Part shown: piece after piece, positions 1 through 3,591 of the stretch
How positions within the stretch are numbered: position 1 is the stretch's first letter
How the letters are laid out: the number at the start of each line of letters is the position of its first letter
IMG/VR virus record: IMGVR_UViG_3300045988_001503
Span: 1-6,152 of that record
Strand: one strand, 5' to 3'
Origin: a virus
DNA length: 6,152 nucleotides
Made by a program: the position numbers and the translations under genes
Notes under the pieces: model-generated
Told to the model about the DNA's origin: nothing
Databases searched by the model: none
What the model saw: only the letters and a program-made list of their open reading frames with translations

Positions 1-77
1 AATATGGTTCGGTAGCTGTTTTACCTTCTCAGTCTTCTGCATTTGCTTCTAACCGTGTTGTGTTTAGTCCTAATGAG
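1..77. repeat. Terminal redundancy, copy 1. It is identical to 6076-6152 and marks the overlap of a circular-genome assembly (unit length 6075 nt).
   Basis: The string aatatggttcggtagctgttttaccttctcagtcttctgcatttgcttctaaccgtgttgtgtttagtcctaatgag occurs at 1-77 and again at 6076-6152. The repeat lies inside a continuous reading frame, and 6075 is divisible by 3. Confidence 0.95.
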
Positions 78-953
78 TCAATACAATCTCCTGCTTCCGG
101 TTTATTAAATCTTTCAAATTCTCAAAATGTTCAGTCAGATAGTACGTCTACTTCTGCTCGCTCTGCTTATGTCGCTGCAGACCTTTCCGCCCTCTCAATT
201 CGTGCAACTGAATACTTACAGCGCTGGAAAGAAGTAGTACAATTCTCCAGCAAAGACTATTCTGATCAGATGGCCGCTCAGTTTGGCATTAATGCTCCTG
301 AATACATGGGTAATCATGCGCATTATATTGGTGGTTGGTCTAATGTGATTAATATCAACGAGGTTCTTAACACTAATTTGACTGCTGATAACTCTCAGGC
401 TGTTATTGCCGGTAAAGGTGTTGGTTCTCAATCTGGCCATACTATTAGTTATAACTGTGGTGCTGAGCATCAGGTGATTATATGTGTGTATCATTCTGTT
501 CCCTTGCTTGATTGGTCTCTTAAGGGTCATAATCCTCAATTGTTGTGCACGTCTATTTCTGATTTCCCGCAGCCTGCTTTTGACCAGTTAGGTATGCAAC
601 CCGTTCCGGCTCTAACTCTTAATAATAGCCCGTCCGCTCCTACTGGTAATATTGGTTATAATCTGCGTTACTGGCAATGGAAATCTGCCGTTGATACCGT
701 TCATGGCGCATTTCGTCCTAAAGCTGCTTATCAATCTTGGGTTGCTCCGCTTCAAGGTTCCCAAGTTCAGGTTTCCGGTCAATCTTCGCTAAGTTATCAA
801 TCATTTAAGATTCGTCCTCAGCAGCTAAACTCTATTTTTGAGCCGCAGATTACTACTAGTAATTATAATGTGGCTTATGATCAATTATTATGTAATGTTA
901 ATTTCCAAGTATACGCTGTACAGAACTTGGATCGAAATGGTTTACCTTTTTAA
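3..953 (+). CDS. VP1: Major capsid protein VP1, C-terminal part. Bases 3-77 duplicate 6078-6152, and the unique continuation is 78-953.
   Basis: The frame is open from base 3 with no stop until the TAA at 951-953. The GTG 'start' at 60 in the ORF track is an artefact of linearisation. Codon usage is strongly T-ending, as in the other genes. Confidence 0.9.
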   Translation, partial: YGSVAVLPSQSSAFASNRVVFSPNESIQSPASGLLNLSNSQNVQSDSTSTSARSAYVAADLSALSIRATEYLQRWKEVVQFSSKDYSDQMAAQFGINAPEYMGNHAHYIGGWSNVININEVLNTNLTADNSQAVIAGKGVGSQSGHTISYNCGAEHQVIICVYHSVPLLDWSLKGHNPQLLCTSISDFPQPAFDQLGMQPVPALTLNNSPSAPTGNIGYNLRYWQWKSAVDTVHGAFRPKAAYQSWVAPLQGSQVQVSGQSSLSYQSFKIRPQQLNSIFEPQITTSNYNVAYDQLLCNVNFQVYAVQNLDRNGLPF

Positions 954-965
954 TTGTGTGTCGTT

Positions 966-1418
966 ATGAGAAATTTTGCTTATGTGAATCCTGAGTTTGA
1001 ACAGGATAGTGTTACTCCTGAATTGATCGAAGGAAATCCCTGTTACGAACCTAGTGTATATGATTCGGTTATGCTGGAGGAATTGTCTGACGGTTCGTAT
1101 ATGTATATGGATATGACGTCTATTCTTCTTAATCAAGAAAAATATCGTCGCTTGCTTGGCGATATGAATGTTCAGAATATTCTTGCTCAGATGTACCCTT
1201 CTCAATCTACTTTTATGGACGGTATGACCGATGAAGATCGGTTTAATTGTGTTATCTCCCGTCATTGTCAAACTCTATCAGAGCGTCAAGCTGTATTACA
1301 ACAGTTGGCTAGTGAGAAGTCTGAGTTAACTAAGTATGCGCAGGCAATGTTGGAAGAACAATTGGCAGAGAGTGAGGCAGCGCCATCTACGGATTCCGCA
1401 CCTGCCTCTGAATCATAA
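966..1418 (+). CDS. Small acidic protein (150 aa), possibly an internal scaffolding protein (VP3-like).
   Basis: The ATG at 966 is the first ATG in this frame. The ORF track starts at TTG 954, immediately after the VP1 stop. The protein is rich in D/E, with a low-complexity acidic tail AESEAAPSTDSAPASES. Its stop overlaps the VP2 start as TAATG (1416-1420). The functional call rests only on size, charge and position between VP1 and VP2, not on a recognised motif. Confidence 0.7.
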   Translation: MRNFAYVNPEFEQDSVTPELIEGNPCYEPSVYDSVMLEELSDGSYMYMDMTSILLNQEKYRRLLGDMNVQNILAQMYPSQSTFMDGMTDEDRFNCVISRHCQTLSERQAVLQQLASEKSELTKYAQAMLEEQLAESEAAPSTDSAPASES

Positions 1419-2506
1419 TGGGCTTGTTTGATGCTATTGCTTCTACTGTAGGAAACCTTACCGATAATGTTGTCGGTATGGTTAACCAAAATCATCAGAA
1501 TAAGGTTAATCTCCGTATGATGCGCGAGCAAAATGCATTTAACGCTGACCAGGCTGCCATACAACGTCAGTGGTCAACTGATATGTGGAATCGCAATAAT
1601 CTCTATAATTCCCCTGATGCTATGATTTCTCGTGGTTTGAATCCGTTTGTTCAAGGTTCTGCTGCTATGGCTGGTTCTAAGGCTCCTGCTTCAGGCGGAG
1701 CTGCTGCTACTGCCGCTCCTGTTCCTAGCATGCAGGCTTATAAACCTAATTTTTCTGGCGTGTTTCAGTCTCTTGCTTCCCTTGCTGAAGCTAAAGCCTC
1801 AGAGGCCTCTGCTCGTGAATCGGCCTCTCGTTCACGTCAGACTGATACGGTAACTCCTCTTTTGTCTGATTATTATAGAGGTCTTACTAACTGGAAGAAT
1901 CTAGCTATTGGCTCTTCTGGTTATTGGAATCAGGAAACGGGCCGTACGTCTGCCGCTCTAGACCAGTCTACTGAGGCTCAGAATCTAAAGAACGCCCAGT
2001 TTGCTGAGCGTATATCTGCCGCTCAAGAGGCTCAAATCCTACTTAATTCTGAAGCTCAGCGTGTTATGAATAAATATATGGATGAGAATCAACAGGCTGA
2101 TTTGTTTATCAAAGCCCAAACTTTGGCTAATCTTCAGACTAAAGGTGCTCTTACAGAAAAACAGATTCGGACTGAAATACAGCGTGCTATCCTTGTTGCT
2201 GCCGAGGCTTCTGGCAAGAAAATTGATAATCGTGTGGCTTCTGAAACGGCTGATTCTCTGATTAAGGCTGCTAACGCTTCCAATGAGTTGCAATATCGTG
2301 ATAGTACGTATGATTATAAGAATGTTAAGCTTCGTAAACATACGGAGTATAAAACTTCTATGGCGAATCAGAAAGCTGCTGAATATGGTGCAGACTTGGC
2401 TCGCAAACAAAGCCGTACTCATTATTGGGAATCTGTTTCTCGTGGTCTTGGTTCTATTGCTTCTGGTTCTGGCAATTTTGTCGGTGCATATAATGGTCGT
2501 AAATAA
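1418..2506 (+). CDS. VP2: Minor capsid / DNA pilot protein VP2 (phiX174 H analogue), 362 aa.
   Basis: The N-terminal block NLRMMREQNAFNADQAAIQRQWSTDMWNRNNLYNSPDAMISRGLNPF resembles the conserved N-terminal region of gokusho/alpavirus VP2. It is followed by an Ala/Ser/Gly-rich linker (GSAAMAGSKAPASGGAAATAAPVPS). The C-terminal half is long and Q/A/E/K-rich with helical or coiled-coil character, consistent with an H-tube-like pilot protein. The gene is translationally linked to the upstream gene. Confidence 0.85.
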   Translation: MGLFDAIASTVGNLTDNVVGMVNQNHQNKVNLRMMREQNAFNADQAAIQRQWSTDMWNRNNLYNSPDAMISRGLNPFVQGSAAMAGSKAPASGGAAATAAPVPSMQAYKPNFSGVFQSLASLAEAKASEASARESASRSRQTDTVTPLLSDYYRGLTNWKNLAIGSSGYWNQETGRTSAALDQSTEAQNLKNAQFAERISAAQEAQILLNSEAQRVMNKYMDENQQADLFIKAQTLANLQTKGALTEKQIRTEIQRAILVAAEASGKKIDNRVASETADSLIKAANASNELQYRDSTYDYKNVKLRKHTEYKTSMANQKAAEYGADLARKQSRTHYWESVSRGLGSIASGSGNFVGAYNGRK

Positions 2507-2607
2507 ACATTGCTATTCGTTGTCTTATATTTTTATCTATCATCTATTTTTGTTGTGAATATTTGATTTTGCGAAATATTTTGACTCTCGGTAGTAAAAT
2601 AATATTA

Positions 2608-2838
2608 CGTATACATTCTTTAGGACTAGAAGCCCATCGCGGCGTTTGAGCGATATACACCCGCCGCCCGCGTAGGGCCTGGTCTAAAAATGGAGCGGAG
2701 CGACTTCCTTATAGGAGCGCCCCGCTCCGGTATTTTAGCACGGAGTGCGCAAAGGCAGGTTCTATCTGACCTGCCGTGCTTATACCCCCTCCTGTATCCA
2801 TCTACTTGTTAATTAAGCGAAGCCCCTAGTTGTATACG
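2608..2838 (+). other. GC-rich multi-hairpin noncoding module. It is a candidate ssDNA complementary-strand origin (ssi-like) or a structured RNA.
   Basis: Closing stem: CGTATACA (2608-2615) plus ACTAG (2625-2629) pair with the contiguous CTAGTTGTATACG (2826-2838), leaving a 9-nt bulge on the 5' side. Hairpin A: GCCC 2632-2635 pairs with GGGC 2675-2678, and GCGGCG 2639-2644 pairs with CGCCGC 2662-2667. Hairpin B (2692-2728): GGAGCGG/CCGCTCC, GCG/CGC and TCCT/AGGA with loop TAT, 14 bp in total. Hairpin C (2737-2780): AGCAC plus GGCAGGT pair with the contiguous ACCTGCCGTGCT, with a 12-nt bulge GGAGTGCGCAAA. The direct repeat GAAGCCC (2629-2635 and 2819-2825) abuts both arms of the closing stem. 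No track ORF lies wholly within this gap on either strand; the only one reaching it, 2283..2558, merely runs in from within VP2. Confidence 0.6.
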
Positions 2839-2843
2839 AAGTA

Positions 2844-2866
2844 AATTCGAGTTATCCTCTCGAATT
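2844..2866 (+). repeat. Perfect 8-bp inverted repeat hairpin followed by a pyrimidine tract. It may be a terminator-like element or part of the structured module.
   Basis: AATTCGAG (2844-2851), loop ttatcct, CTCGAATT (2859-2866), then ctctctcttcttgtc. There is no clean U-tract, so assignment as an intrinsic terminator is weak. Confidence 0.35.
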
Positions 2867-2916
2867 CTCTCTCTTCTTGTCTATAAACGTACAACTCACA
2901 CTCTACGGTAGGATCT

Positions 2917-2926
2917 AAAAAAAAAA
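2917..2926. repeat. A10 homopolymer tract flanked by GGAT on both sides.
   Basis: The sequence is ggatct-aaaaaaaaaa-ggattt. It ends 8 nt upstream of the -33 element of the predicted promoter. Confidence 0.9.
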
Positions 2927-2934
2927 GGATTTCT

Positions 2935-2966
2935 TTTGGAATTATAAAAAATAGTTTTTATATTTG
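2935..2966 (+). promoter_or_regulatory. Bacteroidetes sigma-A type promoter with -33 TTTG and -7 TAnnTTTG elements. It would drive the small-gene cassette and probably VP4.
   Basis: TTTG lies at 2935-2938 and TATATTTG at 2959-2966, separated by a 20-nt spacer. This matches the published Bacteroides fragilis promoter consensus (-33 TTTG, -7 TAnnTTTG). The next ATG-initiated gene starts at 3011, after an AT-rich leader with no Shine-Dalgarno sequence. Confidence 0.55.
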
Positions 2967-3010
2967 CTCCCAGTTAGAAGTTACAATCATTATTAACATT
3001 TTAAACTCTT

Positions 3011-3211
3011 ATGATTATGCAAAAATTTATTATTTCAGTTAAAGCAAAAGTTACTGGTCATGATGTTGTTCCGCCTTATATCGTTAATTCTCTCGATGGT
3101 CTTGGAACTTATTCTGAGCGAATGTCTTCGTTGGGTTTTATCGTTATTGTGGATTCGATTAAAGAGGAAAACGATTTTGTTTATTTTAAATCTCAAGATA
3201 ATGAAGAGTAA
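3011..3211 (+). CDS. Hypothetical protein, 66 aa, with an acidic C-terminus.
   Basis: This is the first ORF after the predicted promoter. Its T-ending codon bias (gtt, ggt, tct, act, gat) matches the phage genes. Its stop (TAA 3209-3211) overlaps the next ATG (3201) by 11 nt. I recognise no motif. Confidence 0.55.
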   Translation: MIMQKFIISVKAKVTGHDVVPPYIVNSLDGLGTYSERMSSLGFIVIVDSIKEENDFVYFKSQDNEE

Positions 3212-3284
3212 TAATATTTGGAAAATTGTGATTGGTGCTGTATCTGCTGCACTAGGTTATATTCTTAATGCTATTGGACTATGA
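3201..3284 (+). CDS. 27-aa single-pass membrane peptide, a candidate holin-like or membrane-lesion partner of the peptidase.
   Basis: The internal ATG at 3201 of track ORF 3060..3284 gives MKSNNIWKIVIGAVSAALGYILNAIGL. This has a short N-terminus with two Lys, followed by a hydrophobic segment of about 19 residues. Its stop TGA (3282-3284) overlaps the peptidase ATG (3281-3283) as ATGA, the classic arrangement for translational coupling. The upstream part of the track ORF (3060-3200) is the +1 frame of the 66-aa gene and is probably not coding. Confidence 0.45.
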   Translation: MKSNNIWKIVIGAVSAALGYILNAIGL

Positions 3285-3589
3285 ATTGTACTCTTATGCA
3301 TTTTTTTGAATACCTGTTGTATTCTAATGTCCATTTTTCGGTAACTAGCGCTAGACGAACTCCCGAACAAAATAAGGCTTGTAATGGCGCTCCGAATTCT
3401 CAGCATCTTGTGGGTGAAGCTATTGATATTAAACCTTATGGTTCTACTTCGTTTAGTAAGTTGCTCGAAATGATTCATTCTTTCTCTGATAATGTTTCGC
3501 CATTCGATCAGCTCATTATATATCCGGCATTTATTCATGTTTCATTCTGTTCTCGTAATCGTAGGCAGGTAATAGATAAACGTAAATAA
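3281..3589 (+). CDS. Zinc D,D- or L,D-peptidase of the M15 family (Peptidase_M15_3 / YcbK-like fold), a probable endolysin of 102 aa.
   Basis: The block VTSARRTPEQNKACNGAPNSQHLVGEAIDI matches the family signature (S/T)GYR(S/T)PxxNxxxGGxxxSxHxxGxAxD. His42 is at 3404-3406 and Asp49 at 3425-3427, giving H-x6-D. A distal FIHVS contains His86 (3536-3538) at the position of the third metal ligand. There is no signal peptide or cell-wall-binding domain. Confidence 0.8.
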   Translation: MNCTLMHFFEYLLYSNVHFSVTSARRTPEQNKACNGAPNSQHLVGEAIDIKPYGSTSFSKLLEMIHSFSDNVSPFDQLIIYPAFIHVSFCSRNRRQVIDKRK

Positions 3590-3591
3590 TT

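Noticed and set aside
1-77. The terminal direct repeats as genuine biological DTRs, LTRs or att sites.
   Set aside because: The repeat lies within the capsid coding frame and joins the two halves of VP1 seamlessly. This is the signature of a circular contig linearised with overlap, not of physical genome ends.
954-965. TTG at 954 as the start of the acidic-protein gene, as in the ORF track.
   Set aside because: It directly abuts the VP1 stop and adds only MCVV before an in-frame ATG at 966. I preferred the ATG, but the TTG start cannot be excluded without N-terminal data.
1647-1853. Leucine-rich hydrophobic ORFs overprinted in the +1 frame of real genes (1647..1853 in VP2, 2283..2558, 3060..3200, 4763..5020 in VP4, 5626..5877 in VP1). 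They superficially resemble the phiX174 lysis protein E.
   Set aside because: The real genes use mostly NNT codons (GCT, TCT, GTT, CTT). The +1 frame therefore reads as CTN/TTN codons and automatically yields Leu/Phe-rich 'membrane' peptides. There are several such ORFs scattered everywhere, none has its own start context, and the genome already carries a dedicated peptidase. They are best treated as compositional artefacts unless conservation analysis says otherwise.
2558-2580. AT-only inverted repeat AATATTT (2558-2564) / AAATATT (2574-2580) after VP2, considered as an intrinsic terminator.
   Set aside because: The stem is 7 bp of pure A/T with a 9-nt loop. It has very low predicted stability and no clear U-tract. 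Such pairings occur by chance in 23 % GC sequence.
2745-2751. GTGCGCA in the hairpin C bulge resembles the XerC arm of E. coli dif (GGTGCGCATAA). This suggests a dif-like attP for XerCD-mediated integration.
   Set aside because: Only 7 nt match, and no XerD-arm-like sequence (TTATGTTAAAT) follows at the required 6-nt spacing. I also do not know the Bacteroidetes dif consensus well enough to test it by eye. It is kept only as an alternative hypothesis for the module.
2690-2812. A 40-codon ORF (MERSDFLIGAPRSGILARSAQRQVLSDLPCLYPLLYPSTC) spanning hairpins B and C of the GC-rich module.
   Set aside because: It is short, and its C/G-ending codon usage is unlike every other gene here. Its boundaries coincide with stem sequences, so the openness of the frame is more simply explained by the GC-rich structure. 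It could still be a relic of a host gene if the segment is foreign.
2560-2930. A known RNA class in the structured gap: tRNA, hammerhead, twister, HDV-like ribozyme or a common riboswitch.
   Set aside because: Neither strand has a T-loop (GTTCGAATC-like) or a cloverleaf. Neither strand has the CUGANGA...GAAA hammerhead core. AAGCCC and TAAAAATGGAG give a faint resemblance to twister segments, but the required flanking helices are absent. CGCAAAGG resembles a GEMM-I fragment only locally. None of these is convincing without a covariance-model search.
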